Assembly (NCBI GenBank): GCA_045615685.1
Contig: JAZLFG010000023.1
Span: forward strand, 6,818-70,817
Source: Faecousia sp.
GTDB taxonomy: Bacteria > Bacillota > Clostridia > Oscillospirales > Oscillospiraceae
Length of the DNA stretch: 64,000 bases
Direction of reading: 5' to 3'
Under the pieces are notes generated by a model, which was not told the DNA's origin, did no database searches, and saw nothing but the letters and a program-made list of their open reading frames with translations. Shown in pieces: positions 1 to 12,414 of this stretch (position 1 is its first letter; every line of letters starts with the position of its first letter). Both the position numbers and the translations under genes were made by a program.

Positions 1-27
1 ACCGGGATGCGCCTGTTCCATCACTAA
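1..27 (+). CDS. purH: 3' tip of purH (AICAR transformylase/IMP cyclohydrolase), partial
   Basis: In-frame ...TGMRLFHH* ending at TAA 25-27 resembles the conserved PurH C-terminus and lies directly upstream of purD. Only 8 codons are visible. Confidence 0.4.
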   Translation, partial: TGMRLFHH

Positions 28-38
28 GAGGTACAGTT

Positions 39-1304
39 ATGAATTTGATGCTGATCGGTAGCGGCGGCAGAGAGCACGCCCTGCTCCGCGCATTGAAGAA
101 GAATCCCCAGGTGGAGACGGTATATGCCCTGCCCGGCAACGGCGGCATGGCAGGAGAAGCCCAGTGTGTCCCCATCCGTGCAACAGATCTTCCCGCCATT
201 GCAGAATTCGCCAAGTCCCATCCCATCGATTACGCTGTTGTTGCTCCGGATGACCCGTTAGTGTTGGGCTGCGTCGATTTACTAAATGAGCTGGGTATTC
301 CCTGCTTTGGCCCAAAAAAGAATGCTGCCATCATTGAGGGCAGCAAGGCCTTTGCAAAGGAGCTTATGCACAAATATCACATTCCCACGGCAGACTACGC
401 CATCTTCACCGATATGCAGGCTGCCCTCTCCTATCTTGACACTGCTCCTATCCCAACTGTGGTCAAGGCTGACGGACTTGCACTGGGTAAAGGCGTAATC
501 ATCGCCCAAACCCGGGAAGAGGCCAAGCAGGCTGTCATTGATATGATGCAAAATGCCCGCTTTGGCCATAGCGGCTCCACGGTTGTCATTGAAGAATTTT
601 TGGAGGGCCCCGAGGTTTCGGTGCTTGCTTTCACAGATGGCAAATGCGTCAAGCCCATGGTGTCCTCTATGGATCACAAGCGAGCGGGCGACCATGATAC
701 CGGCCTCAACACCGGCGGCATGGGCGCTGTGGCGCCAAACCCCTACTATACCCCGGAAATCGCCGAAATTTGTATGCGAGAAATCTTCCAGCCCTCCATC
801 GACGCCATGGCGGCAGAGGGCCGGCGCTTCACCGGCTGCCTCTACTTCGGTCTGATGCTTACGAAAAATGGCCCAAAGGTCATTGAATACAACTGCCGCT
901 TCGGCGATCCCGAGACACAGGTTGTGCTGCCGCTTCTGGACGGGGATCTCCTGACCATTATGCAGGCCACCACCAACGGTACCCTGGCGGACACGCAGGT
1001 CAATTTCCGGGATGCCAGCGCCTGCTGCGTCATCACGGCCTCCCGAGGCTATCCGGAACAATACGAAAAAGGGTTCCCCATCACCCTGACGCCCGAGGCT
1101 GCCGCACACACCTATGTTGCAGGTGCGACGCTTCATGAGGGTGTGCTGGTCACCTCCGGTGGCCGGGTCACCGGCACCACTGCTGTGGCTGATACCTTAG
1201 AAGCTGCAATTCGGGAAGCCTATCGCCTGGCCGATGGCGTACAGTTTGCCAACGCCTACCGCCGGTCCGATATTGGCGGACGGGCTCTGCAGGCGGGAAA
1301 ATAA
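39..1304 (+). CDS. purD: Phosphoribosylamine--glycine ligase
   Basis: 421 aa starting MNLMLIGSGGREHAL, with ATP-grasp motifs typical of PurD. RBS AAGAGG lies upstream. Confidence 0.95.
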   Translation: MNLMLIGSGGREHALLRALKKNPQVETVYALPGNGGMAGEAQCVPIRATDLPAIAEFAKSHPIDYAVVAPDDPLVLGCVDLLNELGIPCFGPKKNAAIIEGSKAFAKELMHKYHIPTADYAIFTDMQAALSYLDTAPIPTVVKADGLALGKGVIIAQTREEAKQAVIDMMQNARFGHSGSTVVIEEFLEGPEVSVLAFTDGKCVKPMVSSMDHKRAGDHDTGLNTGGMGAVAPNPYYTPEIAEICMREIFQPSIDAMAAEGRRFTGCLYFGLMLTKNGPKVIEYNCRFGDPETQVVLPLLDGDLLTIMQATTNGTLADTQVNFRDASACCVITASRGYPEQYEKGFPITLTPEAAAHTYVAGATLHEGVLVTSGGRVTGTTAVADTLEAAIREAYRLADGVQFANAYRRSDIGGRALQAGK

Positions 1305-1313
1305 GGAGGAGCT

Positions 1314-4300
1314 ATGGTCTACCGCGTATATGTGGAAAAAAAGGAAGCGCTTGCCCTGGAAGCAAAAGAGCTTCTGCAGGAGGCAAGGGAGCTTTTACAA
1401 ATCAAATCCCTTCGCAAGGTGCGGATTCTGAACCGCTACGATGTGGAGCATATTGACAAGGCGCTGTTTGAACAGGCGATTCGGACGGTCTTTTCCGAGC
1501 CACAGCTGGACACTGTCAGTCAAACACTCACAGCAGAAGGCACGGTATTTGCTGTGGAATACCTCCCCGGCCAGTTTGACCAGCGGGCAGACTCCGCCGC
1601 ACAGTGCATCCAGATCCTCTCCCAGGGCGAGCGCCCTACGGTGCGCACGGCCAAGGTCTATGTCCTGGAGGGTAGGCTGTCGAAAAGTGACATTGCCGCC
1701 ATCGAGCGCCATGTGATCAATCCCGTAGAGGCTAGAAAAGCCAGCCTTGAGCTGCCGGATACGCTGGAAATGGCGGTGGATATTCCCAGCCATGTCCACA
1801 CCCTGGAGGACTTCCTGACGCTTGACCCGGATGGCTTAAAAAATATGATCTCCAGCCTGGGCCTTGCCATGGATCTCGACGATATCACCTTCTGCCAAAG
1901 CTATTTCCGCGGGCAAAATCGCTGCCCTACAATCACCGAGATCAGAATGCTGGACACCTACTGGTCGGATCACTGCCGCCACACGACCTTCCTCACCACC
2001 ATGGATTCGGTGCGCTTTGACGATCCGCTGCTCCAAAGCGCTTTTGATGATTATCTTGCAACCCGCACTGCTCTGGGCAGGACAAAGCCGGTAAACCTTA
2101 TGGATCTTGGCACGCTTGCGGCAAAATACCTCAAGGCAGAGGGCTATCTTGACAAGCTGGACGAATCCGAGGAAATCAATGCCTGCACTGTCCACACCAC
2201 GCTCACAGTAGACGGCGTAGAGGAGCCTTGGCTTCTACTGTTCAAAAATGAGACCCACAATCACCCCACGGAAATTGAACCCTTTGGCGGCGCTGCCACC
2301 TGCATTGGCGGCGCAATCCGCGATCCCTTGGCCAGCAGGGCTTATGTCTACGCTGCTATGCGCGTAACCGGTGCAGCAGACCCCCGGAAGCCCGTCTCCG
2401 AAACCCTTCCCGGCAAGCTGCCCCAGAGAAAGCTGGTCACGACCGCCGCCGCCGGTTATTCCTCCTATGGCAACCAGATCGGCCTTGCCACGGGCATTGT
2501 GGACGAGCTGTACCATCCCGGCTATGCTGCCAAGCGCATGGAAATTGGCGCTGTGATCGCAGCGGTACCGGAGGCCAGCGTGCGAAGAGAATGTCCTGCC
2601 CCCGGCGACTGTGTGATCCTCTTAGGCGGCCGCACCGGACGTGACGGCTGCGGCGGCGCGACCGGCTCCTCCAAAAGCCACAACCTCCACTCCCTGGAGA
2701 CCTGCGGCGCAGAGGTGCAAAAGGGCAACGCGCCCGAGGAACGCAAGCTTCAGCGCCTGTTCCGCAACGCCGAGGCAACCCGCATGATCAAGCGCTGCAA
2801 CGACTTCGGTGCAGGCGGCGTATCCGTGGCCATCGGCGAGCTGGCAGATGGCCTTGACATTCAGCTTGACAAGGTTCCTAAGAAATATGAGGGCCTCGAC
2901 GGCACCGAGCTTGCCATCTCCGAATCCCAGGAGCGCATGGCGGTGGTCGTCGCGCCGGAGGATGTAGATCGCTTCCTCCAACTTGCCGACCGAGAGAATT
3001 TGGAAGCTACCGTTGTGGCTCAGGTCACAGAGGAGCCGCGACTTCGTATGACCTGGCAAGGTGAAACCATCGTGGACATTGCGCGTAGCTTCCTGAACTC
3101 CAACGGCGCAGAAAAGCACATAAAGGTCCATGTGGAAGCTCCCAAAGATTTTACTCCCACCATTACCGGCAGCTTTGAGGAAGAGCTCTATCGCGTGGCT
3201 GCCGATCTCAACACCTGCTCCAAGCGGGGGCTTTCCGAGCGCTTTGACTCCACCATCGGCGCGGGTACCGTATTGATGCCTTTCGGCGGCAAATATCAGT
3301 TGACGCCCATTCAGGCTATGGTACACAAGATCAGCCTGGAGCACGGGCATACCGACGACTGCTCCGTCATGTCCTGGGGCTATAACCCCTTCCTGACAGA
3401 GAAAAGTCCCTACCACGGCGCATATCTGGCTGTGGTGGAGTCTGCCGCCCGTCTGGTTGCCACCGGCGCAGCCTTTACAGACGTCTATCTGACCTTCCAG
3501 GAATATTTCCATCGGGTGGGACAGGATGAGAACCGGTGGGGCCAGCCCGTTGCCGCGCTTCTGGGCGCCTTTGAAGCCCAGAAAAACCTGAAGATCGCCG
3601 CCATCGGTGGGAAAGACTCCATGTCCGGCTCCTTTGAAGCCCTGGACGTGCCGCCTACGCTGGTGTCGTTTGCGGTCACGACCGAAAAAGAAAGCAATAT
3701 CATCTCCAACGAGTTGAAGGGCGCGGGGCATACGCTATGCCTGCTGATGCCGGAATACGACGAAAACGGTCTGCCCAACACGAAGTCGCTTCTGGACGTC
3801 TTCTCCAGAGTTACGGAGCTGATGCGCACAGGGAAGGTGCTCGCAGCCTATACGCCTGGCATGGGCGGTATTGCGGAGGCCGTGATGAAAATGGCCTTCG
3901 GCAACGGCTTCGGTGTCAAATTCTCCGATGACATTTCCCTGCAGACCCTCTTTGGCTATGCCTACGGCGGCTTTGTGCTGGAAATGGCGCCCGGCGAACA
4001 GGCAGGTCTTCTCCTCGGCTATACCACCGATGACGGACAGTTTACACACGGTATGGCCAGCATTTCTGCAACAGATTTACTGGAAAAATACGAGCTTACC
4101 CTGGAGTCTGTTTATCCCTGCAACATTGCCCCTGCCCAGGTAAGCGTCCAGACCGTATCCAGCCCTTGCGCTTCTTACCCCTCCCCTGCAGTCCGCGTGG
4201 CTAGGCCGCAGGTATTGATCCCGGTCTTCCCTGGCACCAACTGCGAGTACGACTCCGCTCGGGCCGTGGAGGATGCTGGCGCCAAGGCAGAAATCTTTGT

Positions 4301-5000
4301 CATTCGCAACCGCAGCGCAGAGGATATTTCCCGCAGCGTGGAGGAATTCACGCTGCTTCTAAAGCAGTCTCAGATCGTGTTCCTGCCAGGCGGCTTCTCC
4401 GGCGGCGATGAGCCGGACGGCTCCGGCAAATTCATCACCGCCTTCTTCCGCAGCGCCTCCATCCGCGAAGAGGTCACGGCGCTCCTTGAGCGGCGTGACG
4501 GCCTGATGCTTGGCATCTGCAACGGCTTCCAGGCACTGATCAAGCTCGGCCTGGTGCCTTACGGAAAAATTATGGATACCGACGCCTCCTGCCCCACTCT
4601 GACCTACAATACCATCGGCCGCCATCAGTCTCGCATTGTCCGTACCCGCATTGCTTCCAACCGCTCCCCCTGGCTGGCAAACACCAACGTGGGCGACATC
4701 TTCTGTGTGCCGATCTCCCATGGCGAGGGCCGCTTCCTCGCGGACGAGGCCCTTGTTCAGGAGCTTGCCCAGCGCGGACAAATTGCCACGCAATATGTCG
4801 ATCTGAGTGGCCAGGCCACCAATGACATTCACTTTAATCCCAACGGATCAATCTATGCCATCGAGGGCATCACCAGCCCCGACGGTCGCGTCCTTGGCAA
4901 GATGGGACACAGCGAACGCTATGGCGCGGGGCTTTACAAAAACGTTCCCGGGAATTATAATACCCATATGTTTACATCCGCTGTGCAATACTTTAAGTGA
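1314..5000 (+). CDS. purL: Phosphoribosylformylglycinamidine synthase, large single-chain form (PurS-like + PurL + PurQ glutaminase)
   Basis: 1228 aa with the FGAM synthetase core and a C-terminal glutaminase ([16 protein letters not shown]). RBS AAGGAGG sits 5 nt upstream. Confidence 0.95.
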   Translation: MVYRVYVEKKEALALEAKELLQEARELLQIKSLRKVRILNRYDVEHIDKALFEQAIRTVFSEPQLDTVSQTLTAEGTVFAVEYLPGQFDQRADSAAQCIQILSQGERPTVRTAKVYVLEGRLSKSDIAAIERHVINPVEARKASLELPDTLEMAVDIPSHVHTLEDFLTLDPDGLKNMISSLGLAMDLDDITFCQSYFRGQNRCPTITEIRMLDTYWSDHCRHTTFLTTMDSVRFDDPLLQSAFDDYLATRTALGRTKPVNLMDLGTLAAKYLKAEGYLDKLDESEEINACTVHTTLTVDGVEEPWLLLFKNETHNHPTEIEPFGGAATCIGGAIRDPLASRAYVYAAMRVTGAADPRKPVSETLPGKLPQRKLVTTAAAGYSSYGNQIGLATGIVDELYHPGYAAKRMEIGAVIAAVPEASVRRECPAPGDCVILLGGRTGRDGCGGATGSSKSHNLHSLETCGAEVQKGNAPEERKLQRLFRNAEATRMIKRCNDFGAGGVSVAIGELADGLDIQLDKVPKKYEGLDGTELAISESQERMAVVVAPEDVDRFLQLADRENLEATVVAQVTEEPRLRMTWQGETIVDIARSFLNSNGAEKHIKVHVEAPKDFTPTITGSFEEELYRVAADLNTCSKRGLSERFDSTIGAGTVLMPFGGKYQLTPIQAMVHKISLEHGHTDDCSVMSWGYNPFLTEKSPYHGAYLAVVESAARLVATGAAFTDVYLTFQEYFHRVGQDENRWGQPVAALLGAFEAQKNLKIAAIGGKDSMSGSFEALDVPPTLVSFAVTTEKESNIISNELKGAGHTLCLLMPEYDENGLPNTKSLLDVFSRVTELMRTGKVLAAYTPGMGGIAEAVMKMAFGNGFGVKFSDDISLQTLFGYAYGGFVLEMAPGEQAGLLLGYTTDDGQFTHGMASISATDLLEKYELTLESVYPCNIAPAQVSVQTVSSPCASYPSPAVRVARPQVLIPVFPGTNCEYDSARAVEDAGAKAEIFVIRNRSAEDISRSVEEFTLLLKQSQIVFLPGGFSGGDEPDGSGKFITAFFRSASIREEVTALLERRDGLMLGICNGFQALIKLGLVPYGKIMDTDASCPTLTYNTIGRHQSRIVRTRIASNRSPWLANTNVGDIFCVPISHGEGRFLADEALVQELAQRGQIATQYVDLSGQATNDIHFNPNGSIYAIEGITSPDGRVLGKMGHSERYGAGLYKNVPGNYNTHMFTSAVQYFK

Positions 5001-5011
5001 GGTTGAGTGAT

Positions 5012-6514
5012 ATGGCTTATTTTTACCAGGAACCTTCCCATACCTTTAATGAATATCTGCTGGTGCCAGGCTATTCCTCCAGCGAGTGCATTCCCTCTGC
5101 GGTATCGCTGACAACGCCCCTGGTTCGCTACCGGGCTGGAGAATCGCCTGCCCTCTCCCTGAGAATTCCCATGGTTTCCGCCATTATGCAGTCGGTCTCC
5201 GGCGAAAAGCTGGCAATCGCTCTGGCGCGCGAGGGCGGCGTGTCCTTCATCTATGGCTCTCAGTCTATAGAGGATGAGGCTGCAATGGTTGCCGCCGTCA
5301 AGCGCTATAAGGCAGGCTTTGTCCGAAGTAATTCCAATATCAGTCCGGATAAGACCCTTTCGGACATTCTGGCATTGAAGGCTCAGACGGGCCACTCTAC
5401 CGTCGCTGTCACCGACGATGGCACCGCAGAAGGCCATCTTTTGGGCATCGTCACGGGCCGCGACTACCGCGTGAGTCGAATGTCGCCGGAGGAGAAGGTT
5501 TCCTCCTTCATGACCCCTCTGAGCCAGCTGATTATTGCCCCCGAGGGAACCACCCTCAAGGAAGCAAATGACATTATCTGGGATCATAAGCTGAATTCCC
5601 TTCCCATCGTGGATAAGGAGGGGCGACTGTGCTACTTCGTCTTCCGCAAGGACTATGATCAGCATAAGCAAAATCCCCTGGAAATGCTCGACAAGGAAAA
5701 GCGCTATGTAGTCGGCGCGGGGATCAACACCAGGGACTATGCCACAAGGGTGCCGGCACTTCTGGAAGCCGGCGCGGATGTGCTGTGCATCGACTCCTCG
5801 GAGGGCTTCTCCGAGTGGCAGCAGCGCACCATTGCCTGGATCCGGGAAAACTATGGCGACAAGGTAAAGGTCGGCGCAGGCAATGTGGTGGATGCGGAGG
5901 GCTTCCGCTTCCTCGCAGACTGCGGCGCAGACTTTGTCAAGGTTGGCATTGGCGGCGGCTCCATCTGTATCACCCGGGAAACAAAGGGCATCGGTCGTGG
6001 ACAGGCCACAGCACTCATCGACGTGTGCCAGGCGCGGGATGCATATTTTGCCGAGACTGGAATTTATGTTCCTGTCTGCTCCGATGGTGGCATTGTCCAC
6101 GACCACCACATCACTCTGGCGCTGGCCATGGGTGCAGACTTCGTCATGCTGGGCCGTTACTTTGCCCGGTTTGATGAGAGCCCCTCTGCCAAGGTCCATG
6201 TGGGCGGTACCCTGATGAAGGAATACTGGGGCGAAGGCTCCAACCGAGCCCGTAACTGGCAGCGCTATGACCTGGGCGGCAGCAGCAAGCTCTCCTTCGA
6301 AGAGGGTGTAGACTGCTTCGTACCCTATGCCGGTAAGCTGTCAGACAATGTGCAGCAGACCTTGGCAAAGGTGCGCTCCACCATGTGCAACTGCGGCGCT
6401 CTCTCCATCCAGGATCTGCAGCAGAAGGCTCGGCTGACGCTGGTTTCCTCTGTGAGCATTGTCGAAGGCGGCGCACATGACGTGACCCTGCGAGCTTCCT
6501 CTGCAGAAGCCTGA
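5012..6514 (+). CDS. guaB: IMP dehydrogenase family protein (IMPDH/GMPR superfamily with CBS pair)
   Basis: Catalytic loop [12 protein letters not shown], a CBS pair and the C-terminal motif VPYAG. The N-terminus is divergent ([14 protein letters not shown]). I prefer ATG 5012 (GAGG 9 nt upstream) over the GTG at 4997 in the ORF track. IMPDH versus GMP-reductase activity cannot be decided from sequence. Confidence 0.7.
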   Translation: MAYFYQEPSHTFNEYLLVPGYSSSECIPSAVSLTTPLVRYRAGESPALSLRIPMVSAIMQSVSGEKLAIALAREGGVSFIYGSQSIEDEAAMVAAVKRYKAGFVRSNSNISPDKTLSDILALKAQTGHSTVAVTDDGTAEGHLLGIVTGRDYRVSRMSPEEKVSSFMTPLSQLIIAPEGTTLKEANDIIWDHKLNSLPIVDKEGRLCYFVFRKDYDQHKQNPLEMLDKEKRYVVGAGINTRDYATRVPALLEAGADVLCIDSSEGFSEWQQRTIAWIRENYGDKVKVGAGNVVDAEGFRFLADCGADFVKVGIGGGSICITRETKGIGRGQATALIDVCQARDAYFAETGIYVPVCSDGGIVHDHHITLALAMGADFVMLGRYFARFDESPSAKVHVGGTLMKEYWGEGSNRARNWQRYDLGGSSKLSFEEGVDCFVPYAGKLSDNVQQTLAKVRSTMCNCGALSIQDLQQKARLTLVSSVSIVEGGAHDVTLRASSAEA

Positions 6515-6533
6515 TTCAAAATAAGATGAACTT

Positions 6534-6585
6534 AGATCACTGAGCCACAGAGCGCGTAAATTGCGCCTCTTTGGCTCAGTGATCT
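6534..6585. terminator. Bidirectional hairpin between convergent IMPDH-family and clpC-like genes
   Basis: A perfect 14-bp inverted repeat, AGATCACTGAGCCA (6534-6547) / TGGCTCAGTGATCT (6572-6585). Confidence 0.7.
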
Positions 6586-6600
6586 TGGTCTTATCGACTT

Positions 6601-8883
6601 TTAACCCGTTTTTTGGAGAACCAACGCACCCTCCTGCACCAGGATGCAATAGGACGCTCCCTCAGATTCCGTAAGAAGACGTTGCGCAAGGGGCGCTTCC
6701 ACCTGCTGCTGAAGAAGGCTTCGAATTTGTCTTGCGCCACCCTCTACTCGACACTGATTTGCCAGTGACTCCGCCACCGCCATATCCCAAGTGAGGGATA
6801 CGCCTTTCGCCAAGGCGCGTTCTGCAAGCTTATTAAGCTGCATTTGCGCAATTTCTGTGAGAGCGCTTTTGTCCAACGATTGAAAGATTGCGACAGCGTC
6901 CAGTCTTCCCAAAAATTCCGGCGAAAAATGCTGCCGCAGGCTGTGCAATGTGCGGTCCTTCTCCCCGGAGGCTACAAAGCCGAGGCCGCCGCGATTTCCC
7001 TCCCGCGCACCAATATTGGCCGTCATCAAAAGCAGCGTGTTCGTAAAATCCACGGTTCTGCCCAACGAATCGGTCAGTCTTCCATCGTCCATCACTTGCA
7101 GCAGAATTCCGGTCACGTCCGGATGCGCCTTGTCAATCTCATCGAAGAGCACGAGGCTGTAGGGATTCCGGCGCACCTTCTCCGTCAGCGTACCGCCCTC
7201 ATCGTAGCCCACATAGCCCGGCGGCGCACCAAGCAGGCGAGAGATCGTGTGCTTTTCCATATATTCTGTCATATCCAGGCGGATCATGGCGTTCCTGCTT
7301 CCATAGACGCACTCGGCAAGAGCCTTGCAAAGCTCCGTTTTACCCACGCCGCTGGGACCGGTCAGAAGGATTGCCGCTGTGGGGCGATTTTGCCCACTCA
7401 GGCCGGTACGTCCCCGGCGCACAGCCTCTGCCACAAGCTTGAGCGCCTTGTCCTGCCCTACTACATGCTGTGCCAGAGCGGCTTCAAGTGCTTGGAGGGA
7501 TTTCCGTTGGGCATCATCTGGCCCACTTACAGGAATTCCTGTCCGGGCACGAACCGCATAGGCCACATCCAAAGCCGAAACTGCACAGACGTTTGTTTTA
7601 GCGTTTTCCTCATAGAGGGTGCGAAGCTCAGCCTGTAGCTGAAGGGCTTTGGCAAAATCCTCCTGCGAAATAGCAGCCTTTAGTTCATCATCCAGGGTTC
7701 TTCTTTGGATTTGCTCTTTCTGAGAGATGCTGCGTTGGGCCCATAGGCAAGCGTGAGCGGCTCCTTCATCCAGCAGGTCGATTGCCTTGTCCGGTAGAAA
7801 ATATTCGCACAGGTAGCGCTGAGAAAGGGCTACCGCCGCTTCTATCGCATCATCTCCGATCGGTAGCCCATGGTGCCGCTCCAGTCCTGGGCGAAGGCCA
7901 CGGAGAATCTCCAGCGTCTGCTGGGCGGATGGCTCCTGCACCTTGATTTGACGAAAGCGCCGCTCTAATGCGGCGTCCTTTTCAATGAATTTGCGGTATT
8001 CCTCTAAGGTGGTCGCGCCGATGAGCTGGAGCTCGCCCCGGCTCAGGGCTGGCTTTAGAATATTTGCCGCATCGATGGCGCCTTCCGCAGCCCCCGCGCC
8101 CACCAGCATATGCATCTCGTCGATAAAAACGATAATATTCCCTGTGCGCTGAATTTCCGCGAGAATATCCCGCATCCGCTCTTCAAATTCCCCGCGATAT
8201 TTGGTACCCGCCACCATGCTGGCTGTGTCCAGTGCGATCAGGCGCTTGTCTCTGAGTTGCGGTGGCACCTGACCGACAGCCATCCGCTGGGCAAGACCCT
8301 CCACGATGGCGGTCTTCCCAACGCCGGGGTCTCCCACTAGGGCGGGATTGTGCTTGTGCTTCCGACACAGCACCTCAATGATGGTGTCGATCTCCCCTTC
8401 TCTTCCGATAACTGGCCCCATTGTACCGGCCTTTTCCACCATATTGACGCCAAACTGCTCCAGTAAGCGCATAGTACCTCCCTTTTTCTCCGGCTGTTTT
8501 AATGGCGCAGCCAGCGTATCCGCATAAAGCTGCTGGGTGCAGACGCCGCAGCCTACCAAAAGCAGAGCTGCCGTCGTGCTGTTCCCGGTGGCAATTGCCC
8601 GAAGAAGATGCTCGGGCCGGATCGGTTTATCGGCGGGAAGCTGCTCCATCGCCGTGCAGATGATCTCCCTCGCCCCCGGGGATAACCCTTGGGGCAGCTT
8701 CAGCTCCTCACCCTGACCCCGAAGACGCGAGAGAAGCCCATAGAGTCGGGGATAGGTGGCTGTACTGCGCAAAAGCGCCTGGCCTGCGGGCAAATCCTCC
8801 CTCGCGCTAAGCGCAAGCAGAATATGCTCGCTGCCGACAAAGCTGTGCCCCATCGAACGGGCAACCAGAGCCGCCTTGCGCAT
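6601..8883 (-). CDS. clpC: ATP-dependent Clp protease ATP-binding subunit, ClpC-like (two AAA+ modules)
   Basis: Clp_N repeats (GSEHILLAL), Walker A motifs GDPGVGKT and GPSGVGKT, a UVR-like linker ([14 protein letters not shown]) and a ClpP-docking LGF tripeptide. No ctsR/mcsAB is adjacent. Confidence 0.85.
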   Translation of the reverse strand: MRKAALVARSMGHSFVGSEHILLALSAREDLPAGQALLRSTATYPRLYGLLSRLRGQGEELKLPQGLSPGAREIICTAMEQLPADKPIRPEHLLRAIATGNSTTAALLLVGCGVCTQQLYADTLAAPLKQPEKKGGTMRLLEQFGVNMVEKAGTMGPVIGREGEIDTIIEVLCRKHKHNPALVGDPGVGKTAIVEGLAQRMAVGQVPPQLRDKRLIALDTASMVAGTKYRGEFEERMRDILAEIQRTGNIIVFIDEMHMLVGAGAAEGAIDAANILKPALSRGELQLIGATTLEEYRKFIEKDAALERRFRQIKVQEPSAQQTLEILRGLRPGLERHHGLPIGDDAIEAAVALSQRYLCEYFLPDKAIDLLDEGAAHACLWAQRSISQKEQIQRRTLDDELKAAISQEDFAKALQLQAELRTLYEENAKTNVCAVSALDVAYAVRARTGIPVSGPDDAQRKSLQALEAALAQHVVGQDKALKLVAEAVRRGRTGLSGQNRPTAAILLTGPSGVGKTELCKALAECVYGSRNAMIRLDMTEYMEKHTISRLLGAPPGYVGYDEGGTLTEKVRRNPYSLVLFDEIDKAHPDVTGILLQVMDDGRLTDSLGRTVDFTNTLLLMTANIGAREGNRGGLGFVASGEKDRTLHSLRQHFSPEFLGRLDAVAIFQSLDKSALTEIAQMQLNKLAERALAKGVSLTWDMAVAESLANQCRVEGGARQIRSLLQQQVEAPLAQRLLTESEGASYCILVQEGALVLQKTG

Positions 8884-9041
8884 AATCTCCTCACAATTCT
8901 TATCAAACCGCGCTGAACGAATTCCAATCGCCCCCTATTCTTCAGAAATACTTGCCAATTACCGCGAATTCTATACAAAGGCAGGGAAGGGAATATTTTT
9001 TCACATTTTCCTGATTTTTTATTTGCTTTTTTGCAAAAGCA

Positions 9042-9050
9042 TGCTACAAT
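9042..9050 (+). promoter_or_regulatory. Extended -10 element (TGcTACAAT) for the ferredoxin gene
   Basis: TG at 9042-9043 and TACAAT at 9045-9050, about 40 nt upstream of ATG 9090. The -35 is weak (TTGCTT-like). Confidence 0.35.
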
Positions 9051-9089
9051 AAAAAAGCGATAAGCAAATTATATATGGAGGTACTTACA

Positions 9090-9260
9090 ATGGCATATTT
9101 CATCACGGACGCTTGCGTGAACTGTGGTACTTGTGCAGATACCTGCCCCCTCGGCATTATCGCTGAAGGCGATGGCAAGTATGAAATCGACGCTGACCAG
9201 TGTGTAGAGTGCGGTGCTTGCGCCGGCGCTTGCCCCACGGAAGCCATCGAGCTGCAGTAA
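9090..9260 (+). CDS. 2x[4Fe-4S] clostridial-type ferredoxin
   Basis: 56 aa with two CxxCxxCxxxCP motifs (CVNCGTCADTCP, CVECGACAGACP). ATG 9090 has GGAGG 8 nt upstream; the ORF-track start at 9075 overlaps that RBS. Confidence 0.9.
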   Translation: MAYFITDACVNCGTCADTCPLGIIAEGDGKYEIDADQCVECGACAGACPTEAIELQ

Positions 9261-9272
9261 GCTTACTTAAAT

Positions 9273-9306
9273 AACACCCCTGTGCGGCGCACAGGGGTGT
9301 TGTTTT
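9273..9306 (+). terminator. Rho-independent terminator of the ferredoxin gene
   Basis: A perfect 13-bp stem, AACACCCCTGTGC / GCACAGGGGTGTT, with a 3-nt loop followed by GTTTT. Confidence 0.85.
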
Positions 9307-9318
9307 GGAGGCCTGAAA

Positions 9319-10035
9319 ATGGAAGAATTTGAGGTACTTTCCTGCGGAATGCGAATTTTGCAGACGGATGACCTGTTTCGTCTGGGGACAGATTCTATGC
9401 TGCTTTCTGATTTTTCCACGCCACTGCGCGGGAAAAGGGTCGCCGATCTTGGCTGTGGCGGCGGCGCTCTTGGTGTGCTACTGTGCGCGGCAAATGCGGC
9501 CTGCGAAATCACAGGGATCGAAATTCAAAAAAGAGCGTTTGACATTGCAAGGCGCAATATTCAAATAAACGCGCTATCCCACCGATTTACCGTGCATCAC
9601 GGAGATCTGCGGAGAATCAGGGAAATCGTTCCCGCCAACAGCTTTGACTGCGTGGTATCCAATCCCCCCTACTTTCCGCCCGGTGGTGGCGCACAGGCCA
9701 AAGACGAAGCGTTCGCCATTGCCAGAACCGAGCGCTGCTGTACTCTGCGTGAGCTCTGTGCCGCTGCTAGCTGGCTTCTGCGCTATGGTGGCAGCTTTTA
9801 TCTCGTTCACCGGCCAGAGCGACTGGCTGAGCTGATCTACACGTTGAATGCATATAAACTGGAACCAAAGCGGCTGCGGCTGGTTCGGCATCAACCGAAT
9901 GCACCGGTTAGTCTGATCCTGCTGGAAAGCCGGCTTGGGGGAAAGCCCGGCCTTCAAATCGAGCCGGAGCTGCATTTATTCACCAGTAGCGGCGAAAAGA
10001 CCGAGGAATACCGCCGAATTTACCACATGATTTAA
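9319..10035 (+). CDS. SAM-dependent methyltransferase, tRNA (adenine-N6)-methyltransferase (TrmN6/YfiC)-like
   Basis: SAM-binding motif DLGCGGGALG and an NPPY-type catalytic motif (SNPPYF). It lies immediately upstream of rsmI, as I recall for Bacillus. Confidence 0.7.
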   Translation: MEEFEVLSCGMRILQTDDLFRLGTDSMLLSDFSTPLRGKRVADLGCGGGALGVLLCAANAACEITGIEIQKRAFDIARRNIQINALSHRFTVHHGDLRRIREIVPANSFDCVVSNPPYFPPGGGAQAKDEAFAIARTERCCTLRELCAAASWLLRYGGSFYLVHRPERLAELIYTLNAYKLEPKRLRLVRHQPNAPVSLILLESRLGGKPGLQIEPELHLFTSSGEKTEEYRRIYHMI

Positions 10036-10045
10036 GGAGGTTCCC

Positions 10046-10885
10046 ATGTCCGGAACGCTTTACCTTGTGCCGACACCCATCGGCAATCTGGGGGATGTCT
10101 CTGCACGCTGCCGCGATACCCTGGCCCAGGCCGACTTCATCGCAGCGGAGGATACCCGCGTATCTGTTCGATTGCTGAACCATCTGGAACTGAAAAAGGA
10201 GCTTGTGAGCTACCACGAGCACAACAAGCAAAAAAGCGGCCCAAAAATTCTGGAGCGGCTTCAAAATGGAGAGAGCTGCGCCCTGGTGACAGATGCAGGA
10301 ACTCCCGCTATCTCCGATCCGGGAGAGGATTTGGTGCGACTGTGTACCGATGCGGGCGTCACCGTCTGCGCCATTCCCGGCCCCTGCGCCTTCGTGACGG
10401 CGCTCTGCGCCTCTTCCCTTTCCACCGGCCGTTTTTGCTTTGAAGGCTTTCTTCCCACGGTGAAAAAGGAGCGTAATGCCCAACTTTCCCTTTTGAAAAA
10501 CGAAACCCGCACGATGATCTTTTATGAAGCGCCCCACCGCCTCTGTGCTACTCTGGAAGCCCTGCTGGATACTTTTGAGGGTACGCGCTCAATCTGCTTG
10601 TGTCGGGAGCTCACAAAGCTCCACGAGGAATATTTCCGCACAACCTTGGCAGAAGCTCTGGCCTATTACAAGGAAAATCCGCCCCGGGGAGAATTTGTCC
10701 TCGTCCTCGCAGGCGCGCCGTACACCCCCGATAAAACGCAGAATCTGGACGCTGCTCTGGCGCTTGTTGCCGACCACATGGCAGCTGGCCTCTCCCGAAA
10801 GGACGCCGTCAAGCTGGTCGCTGTGCAGACCGGGCTGAAAAAAAATATCCTCTACGAAGCTTCCATCCGGGCAGAGGACGAATAA
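10046..10885 (+). CDS. rsmI: 16S rRNA (cytidine1402-2'-O)-methyltransferase
   Basis: N-terminus MSGTLYLVPTPIGNLGDVS, a tetrapyrrole-methylase fold and typical RsmI length (279 aa). Confidence 0.92.
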   Translation: MSGTLYLVPTPIGNLGDVSARCRDTLAQADFIAAEDTRVSVRLLNHLELKKELVSYHEHNKQKSGPKILERLQNGESCALVTDAGTPAISDPGEDLVRLCTDAGVTVCAIPGPCAFVTALCASSLSTGRFCFEGFLPTVKKERNAQLSLLKNETRTMIFYEAPHRLCATLEALLDTFEGTRSICLCRELTKLHEEYFRTTLAEALAYYKENPPRGEFVLVLAGAPYTPDKTQNLDAALALVADHMAAGLSRKDAVKLVAVQTGLKKNILYEASIRAEDE

Positions 10886-10893
10886 AAATAAAT

Positions 10894-10931
10894 GGGACGG
10901 TCTTGATCGGCAATTTGATCAAAACCGTCCC
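10894..10931. terminator. Bidirectional hairpin between convergent rsmI and hisK
   Basis: GGGACGGTCTTGATC ... GATCAAAACCGTCCC forms a 15-bp stem with one mismatch, flanked by A-rich and T-rich tracts. Confidence 0.75.
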
Positions 10932-10940
10932 CTATTTGGT

Positions 10941-11762
10941 TTATACCGTAATTTCCCGGATCGGCACAGGGGAAAAGCCCGTCTCCGTCAGGAACCAGCA
11001 TTCGGTAAAGCCGCATTCCTTGACCAAGGCCAGCGACTTCTCGAGGGCATAGCCGATCCCCTCCGGGCTGTGCGCGTCGGAGCTTAAAAGGATTTTTCCA
11101 TGCATTTCCCGAAGACTCAGTAAAAGCCTTTTTGCGGGATAGGGCGCTGTCCGGTAGCCTCGGGACATTGCGCCGGAATTGACCTCAAATATTTTTCCCG
11201 CCCGAACCAGCGTCTCCATGGCAGCGCAGGCCGCCTGAAGATAGCGGGGGCTATTGGCATGATATAATCCCGCCTGCTCATCGAATTTGGTCAGGATATC
11301 AAAGTGACCCACGATGTCAATCTGCGGATGATCTGCCATCGCCTGATACTGCGCAAAAAAGCCCTCCGCCGCAGCGTCGCAGTCACCGTCAAAATATTTG
11401 TCGATCCCGGCCTTTGCCAATGCCGGGGTATTGTCTGCATCAAAGGCGCCCGCCGGGCACACCGTCGCGTGGAGGGAGCCAATCACATAATCAAAGGGCG
11501 ACAAATCCATCTGCGAACGAAGATCATATTCGATTCCACAAAAAATCTCAATTTTTTCGCGGTTTTTTTCTTTTAGCTGCTTTGCTTCCTCCAAATATTT
11601 CGGCAAGCTTGATGCGTCCATCGTCCAGTCCTCATCCAGGGGACTATGGCCGCTGAAACCAATGGCAGACAGACCCTTCCCCATGGCGGCATACACCATC
11701 TGTGAAAGGTTGGCCTTCCCATCGTCCAAAAGGCTGTGGGTATGCAGGTCTTGGAGCCTCAT
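10941..11762 (-). CDS. hisK: Histidinol-phosphatase, PHP family
   Basis: PHP-domain start [10 protein letters not shown], and it is the last gene of the his operon. Its start overlaps the hisIE stop. Confidence 0.8.
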   Translation of the reverse strand: MRLQDLHTHSLLDDGKANLSQMVYAAMGKGLSAIGFSGHSPLDEDWTMDASSLPKYLEEAKQLKEKNREKIEIFCGIEYDLRSQMDLSPFDYVIGSLHATVCPAGAFDADNTPALAKAGIDKYFDGDCDAAAEGFFAQYQAMADHPQIDIVGHFDILTKFDEQAGLYHANSPRYLQAACAAMETLVRAGKIFEVNSGAMSRGYRTAPYPAKRLLLSLREMHGKILLSSDAHSPEGIGYALEKSLALVKECGFTECWFLTETGFSPVPIREITV

Positions 11763-12409
11763 TTGACCATTTTCTCCTGCTTGACCTTCCGGTCGATCAC
11801 ATGACGTCCTGCCATTTCCTTGCGAATGTCCTCAAGTGTAATGCCCATTTCCAGCATCAATACCATTGTGTGATACATCAGGTCGCCGATTTCATAGATT
11901 GTGTTGGCCTTATCGTTGTCCTTCGCCGAGATGATCACCTCAGTGCACTCTTCACCGACCTTCTTTAGAATCTTGTCTCGGCCCTTGGAGAAGAGATAGG
12001 AGGTATAGGAGCCTTCCTTGGGATTTTCCTTTCGCTCTGAGAGCATTTCCATCAGACTGTCATAGGTGAAGCCGGGGGCAGTATTTCCCTCAAAGATCGT
12101 CTCATGAAAGCAGGAATCTGTGCCCAGATGACAGGCGGGGCCGTCCTTTCGCACCTCGACCACCAGCGCGTCCCGGTCACAGTCGGCGGTGATGGAGACG
12201 ATGTGCTGGTAATTGCCGGAGGTCTCCCCTTTGAGCCAGAGCGCCTGCCGACTCCGGCTCCAGAAGCAGGTCAGCTCCTTCTCCATGGAAATTTCCAGGC
12301 TTTCTCGGCTCATATAAGCCAGAGTCAGCACCTTTTTTGTATCCGTATCTACCACAATCGCAGGGATCAGCCCCCGACTATTAAATCTCAGCGTACGAAT
12401 GTCAAACAC
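11759..12409 (-). CDS. hisI: Bifunctional phosphoribosyl-AMP cyclohydrolase / phosphoribosyl-ATP diphosphatase
   Basis: HisI motifs ([24 protein letters not shown]) followed by a HisE-type MazG-like C-terminal half. Confidence 0.92.
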   Translation of the reverse strand: MFDIRTLRFNSRGLIPAIVVDTDTKKVLTLAYMSRESLEISMEKELTCFWSRSRQALWLKGETSGNYQHIVSITADCDRDALVVEVRKDGPACHLGTDSCFHETIFEGNTAPGFTYDSLMEMLSERKENPKEGSYTSYLFSKGRDKILKKVGEECTEVIISAKDNDKANTIYEIGDLMYHTMVLMLEMGITLEDIRKEMAGRHVIDRKVKQEKMVK

Positions 12410-12414
12410 AAAAT